A stretch of 64,000 bases of DNA from contig NC_042998.1 in assembly GCF_006345805.1 (NCBI RefSeq), forward strand, positions 28,520,001 through 28,584,000. Reading direction: 5' to 3'. Source of the stretch: Octopus sinensis. Lineage: Eukaryota. The first letter of the stretch is position 1. Each line of letters opens with the position of its first letter. A model generated the notes under the pieces. The model searched no databases and was not told where the DNA came from. It was given only the letters and a program-made list of their open reading frames with translations. The translations under genes and the position numbers were made by a program. Of this stretch, positions 1 through 12,420 are shown piece by piece.

Positions 1-27
1 CACGTCATCGTGTTCTTGTTTGATTGA

Positions 28-38
28 TTATATATATG

Positions 39-130
<92 letters not shown>

Positions 131-227
131 TACATATATATATATACATATATATATACACACACAGATATATATATACAGATAATTACATTATTTATAT
201 ATACATATATATACATATATATATTAC

Positions 228-290
<63 letters not shown>
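28..290. repeat. (TA)n/(CATA)n microsatellite
   Basis: Direct reading; explains the YI-repeat ORFs at 28-315. Confidence 0.95.
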
Positions 291-292
<2 letters not shown>

Positions 293-860
293 TTGTTATC
301 GCCATATTAATATGACAGTTTTATAGATATAAGACTAAAAGCTGTCGCTGATTAGCTCCATGAGGCCATCGCCTTAAGATAGCTTTTAGTCTTATATCTA
401 TAAGACTGCCATATTAATATGGCGATAACAATTAATTTCCAGTAACGCTGCCGTAATCTCTTTTAGAGAGACTTAGTAATTTTAATATTTCTATTATTGA
501 AAACAAGTGGATGTATTCCACCGAAACTAGGTAAATAAAACCTGCGAACAGAGACGATCAGTGGCGACACCTGCTGGGTCGACTACGCTACATTGACAAG
601 GAGCAAATACCCTGAAACGCGTCTGTAGCTGTCTGACTAGCAGTGTGAAGCGGCTGACCTCCCTTGTTCGAAGGTTATAATGACAACAGTTTGTGTGTCA
701 AACAGCTCTTTTAAGGCCATGGCCTTATGGAGCTAATCAGCAACAGCCTTTAGTCTTATATCTATAAGACTGCCATATTAAAATGGCGATAACAATTAAT
801 TTCCAGTAACGCTGCCGTAATCACTTTTAGAGAGACTTAGTGATTTTAATATTTCTATTA
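291..860 (+). mobile_element. (TA)n-embedded element with partial tandem (~364-bp period) plus inverted terminal fragment, Penelope pLTR-like
   Basis: 381-497 repeats directly at 745-860; 291-379 is the reverse complement of ~708-802; contains hammerhead-like motif at 587-629; (TA)n on both sides. Confidence 0.55.
587..629 (+). ncRNA. degenerate minimal type-I hammerhead-like motif
   Basis: GCUACA-UUGACAA-GG..CCU-GAA-ACGCGU-C-UGUAGC: 6-bp stem I, palindromic stem III, GUC triplet; core differs from CUGACGA by two transitions. Confidence 0.5.
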
Positions 861-992
861 TATATATATATATATATATCTATATATATATTTAATCATA
901 TAGGGTGGCAAAAAGAAATTTTGTAGAATTTTTCTGCCACCAGCGGCCTAGTGGGAAAAAATTAATAGTCATAGACCATTTTTAAGTTCAAC

Positions 993-1236
993 ATCAACAA
1001 CCGGAACGGCCATAATAGGCCATTCACCACTAGAAATAACAGCCAAAGCTTCAACCGCAAATAAAAATCAATTCCGTAAACAGGAGAAAATTTAAAAAAC
1101 ATTTACCCTGTAAATTACAGGGTAAATGTTTTTTAAATTTTCTCCTGTTTACGGAATTGATTTTTATTTGCGGTTGAAGCTTTGGCTGTTATTTCTAGTG
1201 GGTGAATGGCCTATTATGGCCGTTCCTTGATTGTTG

Positions 1237-1238
<2 letters not shown>
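993..1238. repeat. long near-perfect palindrome (~120-bp arms, 1-nt spacer at 1114)
   Basis: 1003-1113 is the reverse complement of 1115-1226 except one indel. Confidence 0.9.
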
Positions 1239-1311
<73 letters not shown>

Positions 1312-1328
1312 TATATATATATGTATAT

Positions 1329-1530
1329 AAAGTTAATTCAAACATGAAAGCACAAAAAAAACACAACAACGTGAGGACGTGGACAAAATATAGTATATTG
1401 GACACTCAGGAAAGAAGGAGGGTTTAACGGTTCGAGCGGAGCTCTTCGTCGGAAACATAGGAGAAGGAAAGATCAGAGAAGGGAAGACAGAGGGAAAAAA
1501 ATCGCCAACGGTACACACGCGGTCACATTT
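1329..1530 (-). mobile_element. ~200-bp (TA)n-embedded element carrying a hammerhead-like motif
   Basis: Second, inverted copy at 25606-25806; both flanked by (TA)n. Confidence 0.7.
1422..1456 (-). ncRNA. hammerhead-like motif with A15.1 mutated
   Basis: GUUU-CCGACGA-A-GAGC-UCC-GCUC-GAA-CCGU-U-AAAC; same as 25679-25713 except one base. Confidence 0.5.
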
Positions 1531-1545
1531 ATATATATATATATG

Positions 1546-1583
<38 letters not shown>

Positions 1584-1654
1584 TATATATATATGTGTGT
1601 GTGGTGTGTGTGTTGTGTGTGTGTATGTATATATATACATACATACATGAATAA

Positions 1655-1830
1655 TGGTGTGTTTGTGCTTGTCCATCGCTTGAGAACCGGTGTTGTTGTC
1701 TTTATGCTCCCGTAACTTAGTATCAGGCTTTAAAAAGTAAATAAATACTGGGTTCGATTAATTCTATTATAAATTCTTGAACGCGATGCTCCAGCATGGC
1801 TACAGTCTGCTGACTTAAACCAGTAAAAGG
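1655..1830 (+). mobile_element. SINE family B, diverged 3' half
   Basis: Similar to 3' halves at 16970-17168 and 24595-24790. Confidence 0.65.
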
Positions 1831-3359
1831 TACAAAAAAAGAAATAATAATTCGTTAAAAGCCCCACTAACAACAATAACGTATAGAGTAAGTAATATTT
1901 AATAGTTACGCAGGCATATTTCATACATTTTCCTTCTGATAATAAAGAATAAATAATGATATTTAATGTTTAGACACATGAACAACGTAAACATTTTGGG
2001 TATACATGCGAACGAGGCTCCTGAAACGTGTTGTACTTCTGATATCTTTCATTAATCAGAGAAAGGAAAATGAAAAAAAATATCGAAGCAAAACAGAGAT
2101 TTACTCTCCATTATCCAGCTCTATATAAAATTTTGCCCTTATGCTTTGTCAGTATATTATTTAAATCTCTACATTATTTAATCTCTACAGTCGGAGTTTA
2201 GAATTTATTTTGTAACGTTGTATCTGGTTTTATAACTTAATAATTTTCTGAACGTATCATTAACTGCATAGTATTCCTTTGGTAATAGTATTTTTGAAAT
2301 TAATAACTTGTTGATGTATTGTATCATCTCAACGAACAGTAAAACATTAAAAGCGTTCATAAAAAAAAGAGAAACCTATTTTACAGATTTCTCTTCTCTC
2401 GCGGGAGTCTCGGGGCTATCTATGAAATTAAAAATGCATAATAAACAACTGGTAACTTTTGAAAGTGATGGATAATAATACGAACATATTTTTTTTTCAT
2501 GAAAACGAAACAAAAACCAATTCATTATTTTCCATAATAAGAAGAAAAATATTTGCATATTTTCCTATTTTTAAAAAAACTAATCTATTTTGTCATGTGG
2601 TGCAATACAACATTGACGATAAAAATGTTTTACAACATTTTAAACGCCAGTGAAAATATAGTTATTGAACAAAGAGTCTGCTTATATCTAGAGACTCAAT
2701 TTATTTAACTGTTAAGTAATGGTACTGCCTCTTGGCATTGCTATTGTAAGCTGTTCAATATTCATAGGAACTAGGCGATTTTTCATTCCATTGCAAAACA
2801 TATGACCAGATATGCTCCATAAAATACATACGAAATGGTAAATTAGTTTCCATATTTCTTAGTGAAGAAGAATAAGGAGAGAAGCTTCGAAAGCGATATT
2901 TTGTTATATTTTCAATATAGTGTATATGTGAGTATGTATTAATGCACGCATATATGAATACACGCTTGTCTGTATGTATTATGTATGTATAGAAAACTTT
3001 AGAAGTTCTCATTTTGTTTTTAATTGTTTTGTTTAACATTCAACAAGCATTACTTTTCGCTACACTGCTTATAAAAATATGTTTCAAGAAAACAAATATT
3101 AAAAACATTATGAAATATGTAAATATAATTACATATTTCACATAAAATCAAATGCGTATGGAGTCTGAACTCTTTGCATGAACACCCTCCCTGTACATAA
3201 CTCCATGTCCCCCTACATGGCCTTGCTTTTTGCTTTTTGAGCCAAAAAATTAACTTGACTTAACTTAACATAACTTAATTTTCATCGAAAGTGTTAGAGG
3301 AATATTTCAAATCACAAAATTATTAGTATATTGCACACTTCAAAGCAATTCGCAGACAA

Positions 3360-4445
3360 AATGTTCCCACAAGAAATGAAAATACATACAGTCATTGTTA
3401 CCATATGTGCGGAAAACAGCGATTAAGATGTTTACTTCGAAATGCTACAAATGTCTTGTACAAAAAGTTCGAATGCAACTGGAAGCACCTGGTGGATATG
3501 TTTCAACTGTATCAAAAAAAAAGAAAGCTTTTAAAAGGTTTACCCACTATAAGGACACCACTATACTTCCGACGGATTCGAAACATTACAGATGATGATC
3601 CCGGAAAAATCAATAAGGGCCATCACCCTTAAGAACTTAAGGTGTTCAGGTGTCAGAGTGGACAGGTATGACTTGGATACATGAGCACATTCGGTAAAAG
3701 TCACATATGTACTGAGAAGAGGTCGGTTCTTGTCTGCAATAACACAGGGGGACTTTTTGATGCGTACCAAGTGTTTACCTAGTAAGCTCCAAAATCCTGA
3801 TGAGAGAATCTTTAATGAAGACCAAAAGGAGAAATAAGAGATGGTTACGAACAGATCCTTCTGATGTCCTCCAGAATTATGAATACAAACTCTTCAGCTT
3901 TAGGAGTGGTGTATAATGACGGTCATGTCATGCCACCTCGTACCTTTCCACAGAGTCTTATAATAGATGCTGCTTGCTATGTTTAGGTGCTGGGGACAGT
4001 TGTTTAGCTTTGGATGCATGACGTACACTGAGGAATGCCTTCTCACAAAGCCAAGTTAATACAGGAATGGACTCCAGGCAATCTTTAGGATTATGTAACG
4101 CCAGTCATGTGATCTCCAAGCTCGCCAGATTTGAACTCCATGGCCTTTTAAGTTAAGAGTTTTGTACTTTTGTTCAAGAGAAAGCAATTCGACATCCTCA
4201 CCACACTATAACTTTTCTGAAAACCGCTATAGTCCAGATGTCCGAAATTAATAAACCATTTAGCGCATGAATGTCAACGATTTTGGCCCCACAGTCATCG
4301 ATGCTGAAGACGAATTCATAAGAAAATAATATTTTATGAAAGCTTATCAAAAACATGTGCATACATTGTTATTAAAACGCATTTGGGTTTTGCTAAATCT
4401 TATCAAATTAATAAATATGTCCTCAACTACTTTTCTTAGTCTGTA
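3360..4445 (+). mobile_element. decayed Tc1/mariner-superfamily transposon (maT/DD37D-like)
   Basis: Manual translation: PDERIFNEDQK, LGVVYNDGHVMPP, PSHKA, SPSSPDLNSM with several stops; TIR pair not found. Confidence 0.7.
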
Positions 4446-5409
4446 GATGTGGATTTTCACTTGTAGTTATATTCTATAGAAATATATAAAAAAAAAATTG
4501 ATGCTATGCTATTATTGTTGCGTTTTCTATGTCTCGGTTTTGTATGATCAATAAATGGTGTATATAGTTTTACGTAGGTAGATTTTAGCAATTGAGCTCT
4601 TTTTCAAACCTGTTTGAAAAGATAAGGAAACAAATTTGTTTTCTTACAATGTGACATAGTCACTCAATGTTTTTCTTTTTTTCTCACTTTATCTAAACCT
4701 ATTCAATCTGCTTTTCATTCATTCTCCCATAAAAAAGAAATTACAGACTATTTTTTCTCAAATATCTCTATATGTGTAATTCAACGGTGCGACTTTTAAT
4801 TTTGCCGAATGCATTTTTTAATATTTTTTCTTAATTTACTTTATTTAGGTTCTTTGTAACCATTTGAACTTATTTAAAAAATGCAATGTTATGATTTCTT
4901 GACGAAACTACTGTGCGTACACAAATGTTAGAATAGGTAAGAATTTTTTGCTTAGGCATAATCCGTGTTGGTCTATACACCTAGGAAATTATCAAATGGA
5001 TAAATGTAAAAGAACAGAAATAAGATTACTATAGCACGGGTTAAATGTCTACTTCGTGGTTACAATTCACTGTAACACGTCATTATATCGTTATATAATG
5101 GTAAAATTCTCATGATTTTGAACGTACAAAAGATTTTCAGTCTATACCAATCATGAGCACCGGCTGAATACCATCTGAAGTATTTCGGGAAATGACTACG
5201 TCTTTGGGTTGTGTTTATTATGGAGTGGATGAGGACAAGTTTTTACTGATGAACGGTTGTATAGAGGGTATTATTTTATATAGAAATGACCTATGTACCA
5301 TATTTGAAGACCAAATGTAACGCAAACAAAAATAACTACGAACAAGAATTCAAGATTTTGGTGTCTACTCGATCTAAAACAGAATCCCGAACACACAGAC
5401 ACACACATT

Positions 5410-5436
5410 TTATATATACTTACTTAGATACATATA

Positions 5437-5503
<67 letters not shown>

Positions 5504-5680
5504 CATATATATATATTATATATATAATATATATATATATATATGTATATATGTATATATATATATATATTCATATATATGCATAAACATACACACATAT
5601 ATATATGTATGTATGTATGTATATATCTATATATGTGTGTGTATGTATGTATGTATGTATGTATGTAAGTATGTATACAT
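5410..5680. repeat. (TA)n/(TATG)n microsatellite
   Basis: Direct reading. Confidence 0.95.
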
Positions 5681-5846
5681 TCATACATTTGTATTGAGTC
5701 CTGTGATTTATCACTTCTGGATAATCAATAAAGATTTATACATCTATGTATATGTGTGTGTGTGTGTATGTATGTATGCATGTGTGTGTGTATGTGTGTG
5801 TGTGAAGAATTTCCCCAAGGGTTCTGGGCCCAATATTCTTAATGAT

Positions 5847-6079
5847 GGCAGTGAGCTGGCAGAATTGTTAGCACGGCGGGCGAAATGCTTAGCGGTAATT
5901 CGTCTAGCGTCACGTTCTGAGTTCAAATTCTGCCAAGGTCGACTTTGTCTTTCATCCTTTCGGAGTCGATTAAATAAGTACCAGTTACGCACTGGGGTCG
6001 ATGTAAACGACTTAATCCGTTTGTCTGTCCTTGTTTGTCCCCTCCATGTTTAGCCATCTGTGGGCAATAAAGAAATAAG
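5847..6079 (+). mobile_element. SINE family A, full length
   Basis: A-box-like TGGCAGAATTG, B-box GAGTTCAAATTC, body ggggtcgat, tail aataaagaaat; many copies in window. Confidence 0.85.
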
Positions 6080-6099
6080 TATACTTAATGGCATGACAG

Positions 6100-7300
6100 T
6101 AGGAAGAAGGTAAATTTAGGTTATTTAGCTTTTTGACAAATACAGGCATTTTTCAACAAAGTCATTGTAAGCTAAAAGATACTTTTGTATCCCTGTTGCA
6201 ACTGCTCAACGCCATTTATCCACAACTATTTGTTCTACGCGAAGAATTGTTGCATTATATTCGACTGCATTCTTTTCAGCGCAGGAGAATTGCCTGTTTT
6301 TGAAAAAGTCCTTCAAATTTGGAAACATAAAGAACAAATTCTGCTACATAACCTGTCCGAAAGAAGCGTTCATAAATAGCAGTCTTTGACACTCGGTCCC
6401 TAGGAATTGGTGCATTGTAATGAAAACTCAGCAAAATGGCACTCGACATTCCAAAGTACTTTGTCGCGGCACAGTTTTGCAACCCCTGCAGCAAATCAGC
6501 ATATTTGGCACCTGTGAGTATTCTGCTGTGTTGCAGATAATCATTAAAGAATCACATCCTCAGAATCGTAGTTGTGTAGCCATATGAACGTGCCTCCTAA
6601 ACTGGATCCGACTTTGAATCTCTCGGATGACAGAGAAATATTATGCTTTTAAGGCTTGGATTGTTCTTTCGTCTTCGAGTCGTAGCGATCGATCTTTCTC
6701 AACCGGTTATTAAACACCGCTTGAAGAGGCTCCACTTCTCATGCATGAACTTGAGGCGTTCCTTAAAATATCTCCCACTTCTATCCATTATTTTGGAATC
6801 AGAAACTAGAAAGCTGCGAGTATTCACCTGAATAATTCAATCCAGAGGCCAAATAAATTACCAAACTCTGTTTCACCTCCCACGTTGTTCATTAGTTTCG
6901 ACGATTTTTCTTCATAAGATAATCCAGAAGCAACGGCGAATCCTTCGGAGACTCTTCCAATTGGCCATCATAGCCGCGATTCGTCTTCAAGGGATATTTT
7001 CTCCCAATCTCTTCCAGGGGGTTTACTGAAATTTATACCAGCAGAGTTTATACAATTCTTACTAGTACAAAAGTTTACATGCGGTCATAAATTCCTGCGA
7101 TGCGATCTCCACCAAACAGTCACAAATTCACTAACAACAGAAATTTTCAATTTTTCATTCTGATTTATATCGAATATGATCAATCGCTTCAATTGTTTTA
7201 TTGCTTCTGGAACGTTAATTACCATAATAATAGCAAAAGCAACGAAATCGCTAATATTTTAGTGAAAATAAAAAATATAAACAGATAAAATATGTGACAA
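6100..7300 (-). mobile_element. heavily decayed mariner transposon
   Basis: Manual translation: SLEDESR (HTH linker), GAKYADLL, HYNAP (HDNA-like), FMFPNLKDF; many stops and shifts. Confidence 0.6.
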
Positions 7301-7471
7301 TCAGATAAAACCAATAATTTGGTATCTGTTAAAAAGATATAGTCTGCTTCTAAACATGTAGAGTAACTGCCACATAAGCATGCATGCATGTGCACACATG
7401 CATTCTTACATACATACTTACATACATACACCCACATATAATGTGTAATAGTTTTTTGTGATGTATGTATG

Positions 7472-7503
<32 letters not shown>

Positions 7504-7535
7504 AATATATATATATATATGTATGTATATATGTA

Positions 7536-7572
<37 letters not shown>

Positions 7573-7759
7573 AAAGGGCTTAGTAAAATAAATTACTTTG
7601 CCGCATACTGAACTCATTAGAAATAGCAGCTAAAAAAACATTTATAAAACTATTTCTAATACTTAAAGAAAACCTCTCTCATATAGTGTTTGCTCAATTC
7701 AACCCACGAAAGTATGGGGGTAGAGACATTAAAAAATCAAGTGCAAAGGTTAAAGGTTT

Positions 7760-7811
7760 TGAGAACGTACGTTCAAGATTAGTCAAAATCGACATTTCTA
7801 TCATCAGCTCA
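7760..7811 (-). ncRNA. hammerhead-like motif, array copy 1 (one A missing from GAAA)
   Basis: UGAG-CUGAUGA-stemII-GAACGUACGUU-CUCA. Confidence 0.45.
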
Positions 7812-8317
7812 GAACTCCCTGGTTTGGATTTGAAAACACTGAAAGAGGGAGCATACCCTTTCGGCTTCTTGTCGCTTCTGAAGATCCGCTCGAAACTAAC
7901 AGTGCCAACAAACTCAAATATGCAGCGAAGAATTTCTGCTCTCCCCTTTTCACCAGCGTGGGGTAAAATCAGTAAACACTATGCTTTTTTCTGTAAAATC
8001 CGAGGCATTTAAATAGAGAGAGATGAATTATAATTTCAACAATTGAGGGTAAAATTAATTAATTAATCAATTTCACCAAGTATTCAGTATGCAAAGGGAC
8101 CATTTAAGGCGAATTCAAATTATTACATTATATAAAAGGGCTTAGTAAAATAAATTACTTTGCCGCATACTGAACTCATTAGAAATAGCAGCTAAAAAAA
8201 CATTTATAAAACTATTTCTAATACTTAAAGAAAACCTCTCTCATATAGTGTTTGCTCAATTCAACCCACGAAAGTATGGGGGTAGAGACATTAAAAAATC
8301 AAATGCAAAGGTTATTG

Positions 8318-8369
8318 GAGAACGTACGTTTCAAGATTAGTCAACATCGACATTTCTATCATCAGCTCA
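8318..8369 (-). ncRNA. hammerhead-like motif, array copy 2
   Basis: CUGAUGA...GAA-ACGUACGU-U; stem I 3 bp. Confidence 0.55.
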
Positions 8370-8870
8370 GAACTCCCTGGTTTGGATTTGAAAACACTGA
8401 AAGTGGGAGCATACCCTTTCGGCTTCTTATCGCTTCTGAAGATCCGCTCGAAACTAACAGTGCCAACAAACTCACATATGCAAGCGAAGAATTTCTGCTC
8501 TCCCCTTTTCACCAGCGTGGGTTAAAATCAGTAAACACTATGCTTTTTTCGGTAAAATCCGAGGCATTTAAATAGAGAGAGATGAATTATAATTTCAACA
8601 ATTGAGGGTAAAATTAATTAATTAATCAATTTCACCAAGTATTCGTATGCAAAGGGACCATTTAAGGCGAATTCAAATTATTACATTATATAAAAGGGCT
8701 TAGAAAATAAATTACTTTGCCGCATACTGAACTCATAGAAATAGCAGCTAAAAAAACATTTATAAAACTATTTCTAATACTTAAGAAAACCTCTCTATAT
8801 AGTGTTGCTCCATTTCAACCACGAAAGTAGGGGGTGTAGAGACATTAAAAAATCAAATGCAAAGGTTATT

Positions 8871-8923
8871 TGAGAACGTACGTTTCAAGATTAGTCAAAA
8901 TCGACATTTCTATCATCAGCTCA
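8871..8923 (-). ncRNA. hammerhead-like motif, array copy 3
   Basis: UGAG-CUGAUGA-UAGAAAUGUCGAUUUUGACUAAUCUU-GAA-ACGUACGU-U-CUCA. Confidence 0.65.
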
Positions 8924-9422
8924 GAACTCCTGGTTTGGATTTGAAAACACTGAAAGAGGGAGCATACCCTTTCGGCTCTTATCGCTTCTGAAGATCCGCT
9001 CGAAACTAACAGTGCCAACAAACTCAAATATGCAAGCGAAGAATTTTGCTCTCCCCTTTCCACCAGCGTGGGTTAAAATCAGTAAACACTATGTTTTTCG
9101 GTAAAATCCGAGGCATTTAAATAGAGAGAGATGAATTATAATTTCAACAATTGAGGGTAAAATTAATTAATTAATCAATTTCACCAAGTATTCAGTATGC
9201 AAAGGGACCATTAAGGCGAATTCAAATTATTACATTATATAAAAGGGCTTAGTAAAATAAATTACTTTGCCGCATACTGAACTCATTTGAAATAGCAGCT
9301 AAAAAAACATTTATAAAACTATTTCTAATACTTAAAGAAAACCTCTCTCATATAGTGTTGCTCAATTCAACCCACGAAAGTATGGGGGTAGAGACATTAA
9401 AAAATCAAATGCAAAGGTTATT

Positions 9423-9475
9423 TGAGAACGTACGTTTCAAGATTAGTCAAAATCGACATTTCTATCATCAGCTCA
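9423..9475 (-). ncRNA. hammerhead-like motif, array copy 4
   Basis: Same motif as copy 3. Confidence 0.65.
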
Positions 9476-9978
9476 GAACTCCCTGGTTTGGATTTGAAAA
9501 CACTGAAAGTGTGGAGCATACCCTTTCGGCTTCTTATCGCTCTGAAGATCCGCTCGAAACTAACAGTGCCAACAAACTCAAATATGCAAGCGAAGAATTT
9601 CTGCTCTCCCCTTTCCGCCAGCGTGGGTTAAAATCAGTAAACACTATGCTTTTTTCGGTAAAATCCGAGGCATTTAAATAGAGAGAGATGAATATAATTT
9701 CAACAATTGAGGGAAAATTAATTAATTAATCAATTTCACCAAGTATTCAGTATGCAAAGGGACCATTTAAGGCGAATTCAAATTATTACATTATATAAAA
9801 GGGCTTAGTAAAATAAATTACTTTGCCGCATACTGAACTCATTAGAAATAGCAGCTAAAAAAACATTTATAAAACTATTCTAATACTTAAAGAAAACCTC
9901 TCTCATATGGTGTTTGCTCAATTCAACCCACGAAAGTATGGGGGTAGAGACATTAAAAAATCAAAGCAAAGGTTATTG

Positions 9979-10027
9979 GAGAACGTACGTTCAAGATAGT
10001 CAAAATCGATTTTCTATCATCAGCTCA
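9979..10027 (-). ncRNA. hammerhead-like motif, array copy 5 (degenerate)
   Basis: Small deletions in GAAA and stem II. Confidence 0.4.
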
Positions 10028-10203
10028 GAACTCCTGGTTTGGATTTGAAACCCACGCTGTGTGGAAAGGGGAGAGCAGAAATTCTTCGCTTGCATATTTG
10101 AGTTGTTGGCACTGTTAGTTTCGAGCGGATCTTCAGAAGCGATAAGAAGCCGAAAGGGTATGCTCCCACTTTCAGTGTTTTCAAATCCAAACCAAGGGAG
10201 TTC

Positions 10204-10259
10204 TGAGCTGATGATGATAGAAATGTCGATTTTGACTAATCTTGAAACGTACGTTCTCA
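10204..10259 (+). ncRNA. hammerhead-like motif, inverted array copy 6
   Basis: CTGATGATGATAG.. (extra TGA) ..GAAACGTACGTTCTCA. Confidence 0.55.
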
Positions 10260-10759
10260 AATAACCTTTGCATTTGATTTTTTAATGTCTCTACCCCCAT
10301 ACTTTCGTGGGTTGAATTGAGCAAACACTATATGAGAGAGGTTTTCTTTAAGTATTAGAAATAGTTTTATAAATGTTTTTTTAGCTGCTATTTCAATGAG
10401 TTCAGTATGCGGCAAAGTAATTTATTTTACTAAGCCCTTTTATATAATGTAATAATGAATTTGCCTTAAATGGTCCCTTGCATACTGAATACTTGTGAAA
10501 TTGATAATTAATTAATTTTACCCTCAATTGTTGATGAAATTATAATTCATCTCTCTCTATTTAAATGCCTCGGATTTTACCGAAAAAAGCATAGTGTTTA
10601 CTGATTTTACCCACGCTGTGGGGAAAGGTGAGAGCAGAAATTCTTCGCTTGCATATTGAGTTTGTTGGCACTGTTAGTTTCGAGCGGATCTTCAGAAGCG
10701 ATAGAAGCGAAAGGGTATGCTCCCACTTTCAGTGTTTTCAAATCCAAACCAGGGAGTTC

Positions 10760-10812
10760 TGAGCTGATGATAGAAATGTCGATTTTGACTAATCTTGAAA
10801 CGTACGTTCTCA
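10760..10812 (+). ncRNA. hammerhead-like motif, inverted array copy 7
   Basis: TGAG CTGATGA ... GAA ACGTACGT T CTCA; predicted cleavage after 10808. Confidence 0.65.
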
Positions 10813-11125
10813 AATAACCGTTGCATTGATTTTTTAATGTCTCTACCCCCATACTTTCGTGGGTTGAATTGAGCAAACACTATATGAGAGAGGTTTTCTT
10901 TAAGTATTAGAAATAGTTTTATAAATGTTTTTTTAGCTGCTATTTCTAATGAGTTCAGTATGCGACAAAGTAATTTATTTTACTAAGCCCTTTTATATAA
11001 TGTAATAATTTGAATTCGCCTTAAATGGTCCCTTTGCATACTGAATACTTGGTGAAATTGATTAATTAATTAATTTTACCCTCAATTGTTGAAATTATAT
11101 ATATATAATATATATATATATATAT

Positions 11126-11560
11126 GAAAACCCCATTCTAGTGGGGTTTTCAAAACCCAACTAGAATGGGAGAAAGCGCTAATACATGATCTAAATTATA
11201 TGATATATATATAAAAAATGTAATATACAAATAAATATCTATAAATATAAACCATCCGATTTTCTGAGTACCTCATTTCTTCTAATATATATATACATAC
11301 ATATATTTATATATAAATAAACATAGGGATGGTATTATTAAAATGCCATCACGAGTGGTAAGCGAATTATCAGCCGTACAGGCAAATTAATAAAATATAT
11401 ATATACCAGGTGGTGCTATTAAGTTAGACATGGCCTGGGCCAATAATGGCCGAAACCTATCAAAGTATCAAAGTATACATACAATATGTACATATATACA
11501 CAAGGGTACTACATGAGTACCTATATCGCTAATACACTACCTTGGATATCCTTGATTTTG

Positions 11561-11562
<2 letters not shown>
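11126..11562. mobile_element. (TA)n-embedded unclassified element with terminal fold-back
   Basis: 11132-11170 is a palindrome; (TA)n on both sides. Confidence 0.4.
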
Positions 11563-11658
<96 letters not shown>

Positions 11659-11924
11659 AACAGCCATATCTTGGTCAGTCAGCGGAAGGACTTCACTACC
11701 TCATATGTTCTTAAAATTTAAATCTACATCTTTGTCTGTATATCTACCTTCTCTATAATGTTGCCACTTGATTTGAAAACTTTTGTATTATTGGAAAACC
11801 TCTATAATTGGCTGATGAGTACTCAGCATCTTAAATCTGTTGTAATACTTGCAACATTTAATAAAATGATGTAGTACGAAACGATTGTACCAAATTACCG
11901 GAGTCATTCTTGTTGCTTATTTTG

Positions 11925-11989
<65 letters not shown>

Positions 11990-12017
11990 TGTGTGTGTGT
12001 GTGTGTGTGTGTGTGTT

Positions 12018-12052
<35 letters not shown>

Positions 12053-12420
12053 CTATATGATTTTGAAGCTGTTGCATTTTTAAACTTATCTAAAACACTG
12101 TGAATGTAAGAATGTAAAGGGTGAGAAAGGAAGAAGGGATTGATTAATGATACTCCAGCTTGTTAATTGGACGTTGATTACAGGTTATAAACAATGTCTG
12201 CTCTGAAAAAAGTATTAGCTGTACACATTCTGTTTTTCAATGAAATACATTGATATTTATTTGGCATATATAATGTATGTATGTATGTATGTATGTATGT
12301 ATGTATGTATGTATGTATGTATGTATGTATGTATGTATGTATGTATGTACGTACGTTCTGCTTTTAATTATTTAAATTCGTTCTCGGAGGAAGAAGTTGG
12401 TTTCTAGCAAGTCGATTACG

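Larger units (their letters stand above)
7565..11098. repeat. ~555-bp tandem array, ~4.5 units in one orientation then ~1.9 inverted, each with a hammerhead-like motif
   Basis: Unit starts at 7565, 8127, 8685, 9234, 9790; strand switch near 10050; both ends merge into (TA)n. Confidence 0.9.

Noticed and set aside
3800-3830. CTGATGAG resembling a hammerhead core
   Set aside because: It encodes PDE of the Tc1/mariner catalytic region; no matching GAAA or stems
8436-8462. Plus-strand CTGAAGA-TCCGCTC-GAAAC in each array unit (second hammerhead?)
   Set aside because: No stem II or stem I pairing and the cleavage triplet would be GUG; kept only as a curiosity
8252-8575. 107-aa ORF repeated in array units
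   Set aside because: Non-ATG start, broken in most units, no recognisable motif, and antisense to the hammerhead
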